The translations under genes and the position numbers were made by a program. Below, one piece after another: positions 41,991 through 51,962 of a stretch of 64,000 bases of DNA (positions are counted from its first letter, which is position 1; each line of letters begins with the position of its first letter). Source of the stretch: Methanotrichaceae archaeon (GTDB taxonomy: Archaea > Halobacteriota > Methanosarcinia > Methanotrichales > Methanotrichaceae); NCBI GenBank assembly GCA_963813075.1, contig CAWEXU010000009.1, forward strand, positions 1 through 64,000, written 5' to 3'. The notes under the pieces are model-generated. The model was not told the origin of the DNA, did no database searches, and saw only the letters and a program-made list of their open reading frames with translations.

Positions 41991-42709
41991 TTGCCGCTCA
42001 CCACACCATATTCCATCTCTGATTGGCACCTGATGCCATCGTCCTCCAAGGATCTCGATAGACGGTAGCCTGCAAAGCTTGATTGATAATCTGGAGACAC
42101 GCTATAGATCAGATCCACCCTTTGATCAAAGAAGTCAGCGGGCTCATCAAGCAGGAGCTGATCGGCCTGAAAGCTGAACTCATAAGGCTCAAGGGTTTTG
42201 GTATAGACATGAGGAAGGTCGCCAAAATCCAATTTCAGATTATGCCCACCGGTCAAATAAAAGGCATACTTCCCTTCACCCGAACAGGCCAGTCCCAGCC
42301 CTGAGCTTTCGCTCTTGACCAGGCTGAGGTTTTCTTCTTTGATGAGGCCTGATGAGGCTATGCCCCGCATAGTTAAATCCAGCTCAGTCAAATTCCTGGC
42401 CCGGATGTGAGTTGAGACGGTGCCCATATGCTGGGAGCTGGTGGTATTGAAGTTTATGGACTGAGCGAGGATCATTGGATCCGTGCCCCTGGACCTCGCA
42501 GCCAATTCCGCCTCGCCATAGCTTTTTATGTACTGGCCAGGGGGATAAAATAGAGTGTTTTGAGAGATGGTTTCGAGGGCTCCTGTGCTGCTGTCGTTTA
42601 AGATCAGATAGGAGCTGCTGAAGGCACTGGCCTCGGTCGAGGCATCCGCCAGAGCAAGAGCGAGCAGCATTGTGATCAATATCAGCGGGGCAAACCTCAT
42701 ATGCATCAC
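41987..42709 (-). CDS. Secreted hypothetical protein
   Basis: Signal peptide ending ALA-DA. Confidence 0.7.
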   Translation of the reverse strand: MMHMRFAPLILITMLLALALADASTEASAFSSSYLILNDSSTGALETISQNTLFYPPGQYIKSYGEAELAARSRGTDPMILAQSINFNTTSSQHMGTVSTHIRARNLTELDLTMRGIASSGLIKEENLSLVKSESSGLGLACSGEGKYAFYLTGGHNLKLDFGDLPHVYTKTLEPYEFSFQADQLLLDEPADFFDQRVDLIYSVSPDYQSSFAGYRLSRSLEDDGIRCQSEMEYGVVSGK

Positions 42710-42852
42710 GTCGAAATGAGTTAGAGGATGTTTGGCATTTATTTAGACTATTCCTTCATCCTTTAAGTCCTTTTGGACCGACTCCGGGTTGTCAAGCAGA
42801 ACTTTTTTTAAAAAAAATGGGAAAACTGGTCAATCCAGGATATCAGTCTAAA

Positions 42853-43602
42853 TTAAGCCCAGTTGTCCATATGGAATCCCTGGCTCTCTGCCCCGGAGAG
42901 ATCCACGCTAATATCCACATCGGTATATCCGCTTTCTGATCCATCAGGAGTCAGATCATAAGCGCCGGAAAAGCTTCCCCAGGCGTTGTATCCACCAGAC
43001 ATAGTGGGAACAGCACCAGGTGCCATAAGCTGCTCGAAGCCTACAGTTGAGGCCATTCCCATGTCCGCATTTGTGAAGCGAGAGTCGTCATTAGCCCAAA
43101 TGCTGATGGAAGGGTACATGAGGTCTGGATTATCCCGCTCAAAATAGGTATATGCCGAATCCTGGCCTTGACTGACCTGGGCGTAATTATCTCCCCAAAA
43201 CTGAACATAGTTGAACAGTCCTGATAGGGCCATATTCTGGCCGGCTGTGGCTGAGCCAAAGCTCATAACCTCTCCTGGCGTCTCGAGATCAGGAGATTTG
43301 GATCCTAATGTCGCACTGCCATATTGGGTCAGAACATCATTGGTATCCACAGATTGCCCCTGATAGAAGATCCGGTCGGCGTAAACTCCGGATGCATAGT
43401 TTTTGACATTCGCACCTGAATATCCGTAGGGTCCATACTCATTGAAGTTTGCGGATGATGAAACTCCACTGAACCATTGCAGATTCTCCCCAGCCTGAGA
43501 ATCAATCACCTTTTGGAATTGATAGTTCAGATAGTTTGTCTCTTCCCAGGCGGAAGACATTCCTATGACCATAAAGGCCAACAAAACGATTACTGTTTTC
43601 AT
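42853..43602 (-). CDS. Secreted acidic, aromatic-rich hypothetical protein (envelope candidate)
   Basis: Signal peptide, GAGGTG ribosome-binding site, T-rich downstream tract. Confidence 0.75.
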   Translation of the reverse strand: MKTVIVLLAFMVIGMSSAWEETNYLNYQFQKVIDSQAGENLQWFSGVSSSANFNEYGPYGYSGANVKNYASGVYADRIFYQGQSVDTNDVLTQYGSATLGSKSPDLETPGEVMSFGSATAGQNMALSGLFNYVQFWGDNYAQVSQGQDSAYTYFERDNPDLMYPSISIWANDDSRFTNADMGMASTVGFEQLMAPGAVPTMSGGYNAWGSFSGAYDLTPDGSESGYTDVDISVDLSGAESQGFHMDNWA

Positions 43603-43800
43603 AAGCTGCCACCTCTCATTTTCTTCCCGTCTTTGAAGACCGGCCTCGCAACCGGGGATTCAAAGATGATTTGCTGACTATAAGTATACTAACCGCTCAT
43701 TATATATAAGATTAAGAAGTTCAAATTAGATTTTTAAATACGTAAATTTCTTTATAATGACTTATTCTTAATAGTTCATGCGTCCTACAATTACGATGAA

Positions 43801-44715
43801 TTAAATCAATTGCGATGAATTGCATTTTATATAATTATTAAAGTCCCTGGATTCCTGATCAGAGAGGCAGCAGTCCAGCCATTCTCTGTCGTCATCCAGC
43901 TTCATTATCCAGTCGCCCATGCTCAATGAGAGGGTTATGTTCTGCTGGCCGGTATAGTCCTCGATGATCCTGCTTTCAGTCTGATCGGAGTGATCGATTC
44001 TCCCTATGTCAATATGGGTATTGCGCCCGACTGAGCTGTGATTGAGCAGAAAAACGGTTGACTTGTTGCTGTACTCCTCCAAATTTACCCCCTGACTGGT
44101 TAGATTGGCCGATATCAGGGTTCGATTCAGAGCCGTCCGGTAGATGCTGCCCCTGGATAGCTCCCAAGACTCCAGGGAGCTTTCTACATAGTCGCCATTA
44201 TTCTCATAAATCTCTCTGACCCTTATCCCTGGACCGGAGTATAATATCCTCTTTTGATTGGCAAAATGGGCCTTCCAATTCTCATCTATGTCGATCTTAC
44301 CATATTCAGAAGTCTCAATTTTTCGAGATTCATTCCGATCCGAATCATTGCCAGAATAAATATTGTCAGAATATATCACATTGCTTTGCAGTTTGGCTGC
44401 GATCTGAACAGGCCCCTCTCCAGTGCGCAGAACCATCTGATCAGCATAGCCTATTCTGCCTGCCAGGGGAGAGGAGGAGAGCTCATGGGCCCGGACTCCA
44501 GCAAATCCATCTATGCTGCTGTATCGAGAGAAGTTGCCAAATCCATTTACCAACCCTTTTGCATCGAACTTCATATCCTGAATTGAGCGGTGAATCTCCA
44601 GAGAGGAGTCATTTACCCGGGCAGAGATATCATAACCCATGAGCCCATTCGCTGAGGGCATAATGAATAAAAGGGCGAATAGAATAGAAAGCAAAAACCC
44701 CACCCATAGTCTCAC
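43801..44715 (-). CDS. Secreted hypothetical protein
   Basis: Signal peptide, many NxS/T sequons, C-terminal WLDCC. Confidence 0.7.
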   Translation of the reverse strand: MRLWVGFLLSILFALLFIMPSANGLMGYDISARVNDSSLEIHRSIQDMKFDAKGLVNGFGNFSRYSSIDGFAGVRAHELSSSPLAGRIGYADQMVLRTGEGPVQIAAKLQSNVIYSDNIYSGNDSDRNESRKIETSEYGKIDIDENWKAHFANQKRILYSGPGIRVREIYENNGDYVESSLESWELSRGSIYRTALNRTLISANLTSQGVNLEEYSNKSTVFLLNHSSVGRNTHIDIGRIDHSDQTESRIIEDYTGQQNITLSLSMGDWIMKLDDDREWLDCCLSDQESRDFNNYIKCNSSQLI

Positions 44716-44855
44716 CAGATCTCAGCTCCCCTGCCTTATCTCAATTCTCCTTATGAAAGACTATATCGGGAGACATATATACTACTTTTGACCAGTGCCT
44801 CTGCTCTGGAGCTTTACGGGATCATATTCTGGCGGGGATAGAAGCGGGAAAAAGA

Positions 44856-45012
44856 GGTTCCTCGCTGTTTCTTGTGGGTAGCGGGATAATTAACCCTGGT
44901 GGTTTACGGAATACGGAATAAAACCGAAGAGGCGCAGAGCGCACGGAGGATCATGAAAAAATGTCGAATTCCTGTGACTAGCGCACGAACCCACACCAAA
45001 TAGCGAGGAGCC
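44856..45012. mobile_element. MITE-like element, 157 bp
   Basis: 24-bp terminal inverted repeats matching at 20/24 positions; flanks GAAAAAGA and AAAAAAGA resemble an 8-bp target duplication. Confidence 0.7.
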
Positions 45013-45050
45013 AAAAAAGATATCTCTAAAGAGGAGGATGAAAGCTCTTA

Positions 45051-45812
45051 ATGACAGGGAAAAGCGAATGGGAAGAGTTCTTCGATGCTCATGCACCGAT
45101 CTATGAAGATAATATATTCACGAAGAATACCCTTCAAGAGGTCGATTTCCTGATCGAGGAGCTGGCTGTGAAAAAGGGCGGATCGATCCTTGACGTAGGA
45201 TGCGGGACGGGACGCCACTCCATTGAACTGGCCAGGCGGGGCTATGCGGTCAGCGGAGTTGACCTCTCCTCGGAGATGCTGGCCAGGGCAAAAGCTGCTG
45301 CCAGGTCTGCCGGCGTCAATGTTAACTGGGTTCATTCGGATGCCACTTCCTTTTCACTGCCAGATAAGTACGATGGTGCTATCTGCCTGTGCGAAGGAGC
45401 CTTTGGCCTCCTGGGCAAGAGCGATGACCCCATCGGCCAGCCGCTATCCATCCTGTGCAATATCTCCCGTAGCCTCAGGCCACAGGCAAGGGCAGTTCTC
45501 ACCGTTCTCAACGGACTGGCAATGATTCGCAGGGTCACAAATAAGGACGTTGAGGAGGGGCGAATTGATCCATTGGTACTGGTTGAGTCTTCAGAATGCC
45601 CGCCCAGGGAAAATTTGCCTGCAATTCCGGTTCGAGAGAAGGCATTTGTGCCAACAGAGCTTGCACTTCTCTTCCGACTGGCAGGCATGTCCGTGCTTAA
45701 CATATGGGGCGGGACGGCAGGCAACTGGGGGAAAAGGTCCATCGACCTGGATGAGATGGAGATCATGATTGTGGGCTGCAAAACCGGCGAGCCCTTGCTT
45801 GGTGAGAGATGA
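45051..45812 (+). CDS. Class I SAM-dependent methyltransferase
   Basis: ILDVGCGTGRHS, GVDLSSEML. Confidence 0.92.
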   Translation: MTGKSEWEEFFDAHAPIYEDNIFTKNTLQEVDFLIEELAVKKGGSILDVGCGTGRHSIELARRGYAVSGVDLSSEMLARAKAAARSAGVNVNWVHSDATSFSLPDKYDGAICLCEGAFGLLGKSDDPIGQPLSILCNISRSLRPQARAVLTVLNGLAMIRRVTNKDVEEGRIDPLVLVESSECPPRENLPAIPVREKAFVPTELALLFRLAGMSVLNIWGGTAGNWGKRSIDLDEMEIMIVGCKTGEPLLGER

Positions 45813-45939
45813 TTGACTCTGTTTATCAGTATCCCGGCCCAGGCCTTGAAGAGAGGATAGATTAGCTCCCCTCCAATCTGGGTCTTATCACTCTATCCCT
45901 CTGCCAAAATATCCGCAGCCAAAACGCGGATTAAGCCAA

Positions 45940-46737
45940 TTATGCCAGCTCTTCCGCTTTAGCAAAGGCAAGATCGGCATCTTCATCCCGACCCAGAGCC
46001 CTGAGGGCTTCGCCCCGGTTGCGCCAGGCATCGGCGAGATTCGGATCGAGCTGGATTGCCTTATCTAACGCCTCAAGAGACTCGTCATACCTTTCCAGTC
46101 TCCTGAATAGCTCCCCCAGGTTGCTCCAGGCAGGTGCATAGTCCGGCATCAGCCTGATGACCTCATTGACTGCAGCTACAGCCGCCTCATACTTGCCTTG
46201 TTTATAAAGGATGTCAACTTTAACCGACCAGGCAATAGCATTATCCGGCTCCAGCCTTACTGCCTCTTCAATAGCATTGAGGGACTCATTGTACTTTCCC
46301 TGTGCATAGAGAGCAGATCCTTTCAGGCTCCATATCGAGCTATCCTCCGGCTTCAGGACTATGGCCTGGTCAAGAGCAGTGATCGCCTTTTCATATTCCC
46401 CCTGCTTAAAAAGTGCGCCGCCTTTGTTGCTCCAGGCAGCAGCAAGCTCGGGATCTATCCTTATGACCTCATCGAAGGCCAGTATGGCTTCATCGTATCT
46501 CCTCAGATTGAGGAAGGCGTTGCCCTTATTGCTCCATGCCACCAGGTTCTCCGGATCCAGGCTGATGGCTTCGTCGTATGCCTCAATGGCCTTCTCATAA
46601 TCCCCCTGGCCGAAGAGCTCATTGCCTCTGTCCAGCCACTCCTCGGCATTCTCTTGACAGGCTGACGGTGTACTAATCGCGATTAGAAGAACGGATAGGG
46701 CATAAATCAATCTCATGCTGATCTTATACGCGCTCAA
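45940..46737 (-). CDS. Secreted tetratricopeptide repeat protein
   Basis: Signal peptide plus about seven TPR units (AWSNKG). Confidence 0.9.
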   Translation of the reverse strand: MSAYKISMRLIYALSVLLIAISTPSACQENAEEWLDRGNELFGQGDYEKAIEAYDEAISLDPENLVAWSNKGNAFLNLRRYDEAILAFDEVIRIDPELAAAWSNKGGALFKQGEYEKAITALDQAIVLKPEDSSIWSLKGSALYAQGKYNESLNAIEEAVRLEPDNAIAWSVKVDILYKQGKYEAAVAAVNEVIRLMPDYAPAWSNLGELFRRLERYDESLEALDKAIQLDPNLADAWRNRGEALRALGRDEDADLAFAKAEELA

Positions 46738-46823
46738 AAGAGATATGATTATCGGACTTGAGTGATTACTTTTGCATTGATAGACTATGATTCAGTGCCA
46801 CTTTCAGAACCACAGCAGGTCAG

Positions 46824-47486
46824 CTATCCATTTCCTGTCGACTCTTCCCCCTTCGGCTTTTTTATGACGACCCTTTTGTAGACCCCGTATTCAGATATGA
46901 CCTCTCTGAAGAGCATAGTAATCAGGAAAGAGGAGAGAATTGCCAGAGTTGGGCTATAGAACAATAGGAAATAATAAATCAATGCTCCCCAAAAGCCGCT
47001 TGATATATAGTTGGAGGACTTGAATGCGAAGGGGGTGCTTCCCATCATGGCATTTCTTATCACTCCGCCTCCCACTCCCGTGATCACTCCGGTGAATATG
47101 CATGTTATTGCGGATATCAAGTTCGGAGTTAACTCCAATGGAAAAAGATGTCTGTGGCAGACTGAAGCTCCAATAATGACGAAGACCGCCAGCCCAATTG
47201 AATCCACGAATCTGAATAGCGAGTAGTTCTTTTTAAAAAAGCTTGGAATCAGGTAGGTGCAAACTCCGGCAAAGATGCAGACCAAAAAGTAATTGGAATC
47301 GATCAGATAAAACAGAGGAGTTCTCCCGATTATGAGGTCTCTGACCGTACCGCCGCCAACGGCAGTCACAGTTCCCAATAGAACGGTCGCAAAGATATTC
47401 AGCCCTGTGGATCTGGCATGGTAGGCTCCTGAGACGGCAAATGCCATTGTACCGAGCAAATCCAGAAAATATAGCATCATGTTCAA
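46824..47486 (-). CDS. Trimeric intracellular cation channel (UPF0126) family membrane protein
   Basis: AFAVSGA, TAVGGGTVRDL, DSIGLAVF, TGVGGGVIR. Confidence 0.88.
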   Translation of the reverse strand: MNMMLYFLDLLGTMAFAVSGAYHARSTGLNIFATVLLGTVTAVGGGTVRDLIIGRTPLFYLIDSNYFLVCIFAGVCTYLIPSFFKKNYSLFRFVDSIGLAVFVIIGASVCHRHLFPLELTPNLISAITCIFTGVITGVGGGVIRNAMMGSTPFAFKSSNYISSGFWGALIYYFLLFYSPTLAILSSFLITMLFREVISEYGVYKRVVIKKPKGEESTGNG

Positions 47487-47845
47487 TTCAGCGGATCATC
47501 TTAAATAACCTGCGGCTCTATTTGGGGATGGGAGAGGAGAGGAGCCTGCAGGCATAGTGAAGAGCATAATGAAAATATTAAGACCTGAGACGGGCGCTGA
47601 GGGCTTTATTTTCAGGAACCATATCAACGCCATCAAGGGTAGCATGCCATAAATTGCAGTGAAATCTCAAGTGGCCGTTCGAATTTCAATCCTGGATTCA
47701 GATCCATTTGTATTATTCATCAGAGGATAATACTCAATAGCATGCATTCCTGCATTAGACAATCTGACGGTGGATCAATTAGCCTGGATCTGTGATGTCT
47801 GAGAGATCACAAAGTTTTTTCGCAAAATCAAATTTACTCATGTCC

Positions 47846-48088
47846 TCAAATAGTAATTCTGCGCCGCTTCGCATATTCTTCAAGGCTGATGAAATCGTCA
47901 TTTTCGCGTTCTATGAGGGCATGAATCTCCTCCGCAGTTGATTCGTCTCTCTCTTCGAGAGCCTCTAAATCCCGGTCACTGATGGATCGATCTTGTTTCG
48001 CCCTTATTCTGGTTTGTGCTGCCATTCTATCACTCTCTTCTTTGCCAATATTTTGCATTCTATCGTCATCAGCTATTCGCGTTTCCAC
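47846..48088 (-). CDS. Small acidic hypothetical protein, antitoxin-like (start uncertain)
   Basis: C-terminal FISLEEYAKRR resembles archaeal antitoxin tails. Confidence 0.4.
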   Translation of the reverse strand: METRIADDDRMQNIGKEESDRMAAQTRIRAKQDRSISDRDLEALEERDESTAEEIHALIERENDDFISLEEYAKRRRITI

Positions 48089-48246
48089 GTGTCTGATGCA
48101 ATATTTCCGAGCATCACTGCAATGAACATAGCTGCACCAAAGCTAATCCAGTCATCCTGTATCACTCGGGAGATCGAGTATGACCAGATGATCACTGCGA
48201 GAAGCATGATCATTCCAGCCTTTACCTTGCGAATAGCAGAGTCCAT
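48073..48246 (-). CDS. Small two-TM membrane protein (57 aa)
   Basis: Manual translation MDSAIRKVKAGMIMLLAVIIWSYS...FGAAMFIAVMLGNIASDTWKRE, below the ORF-track cutoff; GAGGA upstream. Confidence 0.55.
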   Translation of the reverse strand: MDSAIRKVKAGMIMLLAVIIWSYSISRVIQDDWISFGAAMFIAVMLGNIASDTWKRE

Positions 48247-48412
48247 CCATAATCAATCCTCATTCTGAAGCTATTGCCGCCGTTTATAAATTTTCTCATT
48301 TTATATCGAATTGGTGATGATCCAAGCCTGAGCGCTCACTGGAAAATTTCTTATCCCCTGCCGTCCAGATATAACATCGATGATAGAGAATGTTTTTACC
48401 TCTGGCCTCAAG

Positions 48413-49470
48413 ATGCCCCGGAAAATTATATTTGCCATCCTAATTCTTTTCATAATATCCGGATCGGCCCTGGCGGCCACCATCACCGTCCAGTCCGGGG
48501 AGAGCATCCAGGAGGCCATCGACCAGGCCCGCACAGGCGACGTGATCGAGGTTATGAGCGGCACCTACCAGGGAACTCTGGATATCAAAAATGAGGTCTC
48601 TCTCATGGGCATAGACTCTGGAAAGGGCATGCCGGTAATCGACGCCGGGTCTATCCTCGGATCGGTGTTCATAACTGCAAACAACAGCCAGATAAGCGGA
48701 TTTAAAATAGTGAACCCTAATGGAGATGGGATTGACGTAATCTCCAGCAACAACACCATCTCCAATAACTCCATAGAGGCTTGCGGAGCTGCAATCTACC
48801 TCATGGTCTCAGACGAAAATACGATCGCCAATAACAATGCCACCGTCCGCTGCCAGGGGGTGATGGGCCTTCTCTCCAGCGACGGCATAATGCTGGCCCA
48901 CTCGGATGAGAATATCATCAAGGACAACACCGCATCCGGCGCATCCATGGGCATATACCTGTACTACTCACATTACAACACCATCCTCAATAACACCGCC
49001 CAGAGGAACGATCATGGAATCGCCATCAAGGGCTCAAAGAATAACACCATCCAGGAGAACTGCGCCTGCAACAGCAAAGAGGAGGGAATCGGCCTTCTCA
49101 ATGGCTGCACGGGAAATACAGTCACAAAGAACAGGGTGTACAAACAACTCCATCGGGATCTACCTGCGGGATTCAAGACAATAATACGATCTATCTGAAC
49201 GACTTCATTGATAACCTCCAGAATGCCCTGTCCTCTGGTTCGGAGAACATATGGCATTCTACTGAGGAGATTAGCTACTCATGCGCAAGCAAGGGCTATC
49301 ACCGGCCTTATTGGGCAACTACTGGTCTGACTACAAGGGCACGGACTCAGATGGTGACGGCCTGGGCGACGTCAGCCACAGCTTTGAGTATGACTGCCCA
49401 GGATGACCATCCTCTGATGATTCCCAGTGGCGATCTTATCAAGCCCAAAATAATCCATAAAGGATGGTAA
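48413..49470 (+). CDS. NosD/CASH-type right-handed beta-helix surface protein, frameshifts near 49140, 49300 and 49400
   Basis: Signal peptide, SIQEAIDQA, repeated GI.L..S..N.I..N units; IYLNDF and GNYWSDYKGTDSDGDGLGD in later frames. Confidence 0.8.
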
Positions 49471-49574
49471 TAGAGTAGTCTGAATAGATGGAAGATGGAG
49501 AGACAATTCTGTTTTTTTGAGCTTAAGAGGCTATACCTCCCTCTTTTCTCAGAGCCGGCCCGGGCGGAAGGTGC

Positions 49575-50111
49575 CTAGAGCAGCAGCTCGTACTTGACCT
49601 CGGTTACAGTGCTCCCCCAGATCTCATGAGTCAGCCTCTCCTTTTGAACAAATCCCACCGATCGATAGAGATTTGCCGCTATGTAAAGGGTATCGACCGT
49701 CCAGAGGAATATGGATTTATACCCTGAAATGCGGCTGAAATCAGTGGCCTCTTCCACCAGCCACCTGCCGATCCCCCGCCCCCGGATCTCCGGCTCCAGG
49801 AGAAGCCAGCGGAGCTGGGCCTGCTCCTCGGAACATTTCACTATGGCCACCGAGCCAACGATCCGGTCACCGTCCTTCAGGATCCAGATGCGCTCCCGCG
49901 GGGATGGTGGGATTGAGATTGAGATTGAATTGGATTGGGATTGGGATTGGGCAAACTCGGCCAGGGGTATAGCCACATAGATATCAAAGGTATAGTCCCA
50001 GCCCTGCTCGGGAGCATAAAGAGTGGCGTGCATGTAGGTGATATAGCCGATATCCCCCGGGCAAAGGTCGTGGCCAACAGAGATCGATGAATTAGGGAAG
50101 GGTTTTCTCAT
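49575..50111 (-). CDS. GNAT family acetyltransferase
   Basis: AQLRWLLLEP..RGRGIG, LYRSVGF. Confidence 0.9.
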   Translation of the reverse strand: MRKPFPNSSISVGHDLCPGDIGYITYMHATLYAPEQGWDYTFDIYVAIPLAEFAQSQSQSNSISISIPPSPRERIWILKDGDRIVGSVAIVKCSEEQAQLRWLLLEPEIRGRGIGRWLVEEATDFSRISGYKSIFLWTVDTLYIAANLYRSVGFVQKERLTHEIWGSTVTEVKYELLL

Positions 50112-50122
50112 TCGCCCTCCGC

Positions 50123-50623
50123 TTAAAGAACCAGCCTGTACTTGACCTCGTTCACAATGCTCCCCCACCTCTCATGCCGGACCCTCAATATCGGCTCGAA
50201 TCCCACCGATCGATAGAGCTTTTCTGCTATGGGAAGGCTTTCCGCCGTCCAGAGCACAATGGATTCGTACCCCATATCCCGGCAGAACTTGAGGGCATCA
50301 TCCACCAGCCAGCTGCCTATCCCCCGGCCCCGGATCCTTGGATTGAGAAGAAGCCAGCGAAGCTGAGCCTCCTTATCTTCGCGCTTGACTATAGCCACCG
50401 AGCCAATGATCCGATCATCATCCTCCAGGATCCAAATCTTCTCCCGACTGGATTTGGACTGAGCAAACTCGGATAATGGTACTGCCACATAAACCTCAAA
50501 GGTGTGGTCCCAGCCCTGCTCAAGAGCATGGAAGATGCCATGCATGTATATGATATATCCGATATCCCCCGGATGGAGGTCATGCCTCATGCCGATGGAT
50601 GGATCGGGAAAGGAGTTATTCAT
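50123..50623 (-). CDS. GNAT family acetyltransferase, tandem paralogue
   Basis: Same motifs; aligns end to end with its neighbour. Confidence 0.9.
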   Translation of the reverse strand: MNNSFPDPSIGMRHDLHPGDIGYIIYMHGIFHALEQGWDHTFEVYVAVPLSEFAQSKSSREKIWILEDDDRIIGSVAIVKREDKEAQLRWLLLNPRIRGRGIGSWLVDDALKFCRDMGYESIVLWTAESLPIAEKLYRSVGFEPILRVRHERWGSIVNEVKYRLVL

Positions 50624-50690
50624 TATATCGGAGGTTAATTCTCAGCTCTGCATAAATAGCTAATTCAAATAACCAATTCAAATCAATTTA

Positions 50691-51858
50691 TCAGATCAAG
50701 AGAAACTGACCGGGGGCCAGGCTACAGGCGAGGGTTACCATGTTGATCTCCTGGTGATCTCCTCCAGGTGGAAGCCTGCTGATTTCTCTCTTCCTGCCAG
50801 AATTCTTCGATCTTTTCTCTGAGTGGCAAAAGCTCAAAAAGAGAATCAAGATAATTGTTCAGCTTGTTCGGAGTGAAGAGGTCCGGCCGCTCCTCTCGGC
50901 ACCCGACCATCTCTTCGACTGCAGAAAGCCCAATGGACAGGCCCAGCTCCCGGAAGGCCAGGCGATGGCCGGCGGGCCGGTCCAGGTCCCTCATGCTGGC
51001 ATATGCCTCCAGGCCAACGAGGGCAGAGCCCAGCACCCTCTCCAGGAGGCCCCCGTCTATTGCAAATCCCTTCATCATCAGCTGGGCGATTCGCGAGCCA
51101 TCGAAGAGCAGCCCTCCTATCCCCAGAGGGTCACTGGTGGGAAGGCTGATCTTTCGACAGATCCCGGCCATTTCCGAGATCTCCTCTTTAAGATCGATGG
51201 ACGGCGCATCTTGGAAGTCCTTCCCTGCCGCCTCCAGCTCGCAGTAGGTGACGTAGCCGTCCAGAGGATCATGCTGCCCCATGGATGCGACCAGAGGCCG
51301 GGACAGGTCGATGCTCATCTTCCAGTACATCCTCTCCTTCCCGTATCTGAAGCTGCGGTGAGCAGCCCGTGCCAAATCCATCGCCCACCGCCAGTACGCC
51401 GGGTCTCCTGTCACCCGGGATACGCAATTGAGGGCATGCATCCATTTTGTCAGATAATGGTAGTACTGCCCATCCCGGTCCCATTCCAGGCGATCATCGA
51501 AGGGCTCGGCTGGGCCGCGCTCGTTTTGGCTCTTTCCGATGCGCAGTCCTCCGATGGTGGGATGGCGCTCTCCCTCCTCATCGTCCAGGCCGCTGATCCA
51601 TCCCTGTCTCGGATCGTCCGGGCGGTGCCGGCCCAGGGTGTGATGCACCTGCTCTACCAGGCGGAGACCCAGGTTCCGATAAAGCTCATTTTCCGTCTGG
51701 CAAAAGAGCTCCAGGTAGCAGCATACGGCGAACGCATCCGTCCATAGATACCTCCTGGATTGATTCGCCTGGCCATCCAGGCCGGTCAGGTGGCCGAAGT
51801 CCAGCATAATCCTTTCCGCCTTTGCCCGGGCTTTAATCCTGTCACCATTTCCGGCCAT
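50691..51858 (-). CDS. Conserved hypothetical protein (RYLWTDAF family), frameshift near 50760
   Basis: RYLWTDAFAV, GGLRIGK, DGQYYHYLTKW, AFRELGL; C-terminus HQEINMVTLACSLAP lies in another frame ending at 50691. Confidence 0.7.
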
Positions 51859-51962
51859 CATCCTTCGCCCTCCTTCACCGTATTTCGCTATTCGTTGATA
51901 TCTTTTGAATACGCTAATATTCTTCAGTCTTCAGTTCGCCCTTGTTCGCTCTTGTTCGCCCT

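Noticed and set aside
47770..47845. RelE-like toxin downstream of the small acidic ORF
   Set aside because: Only about 20 codons (MSKFDFAKK...) with no recognisable motif.
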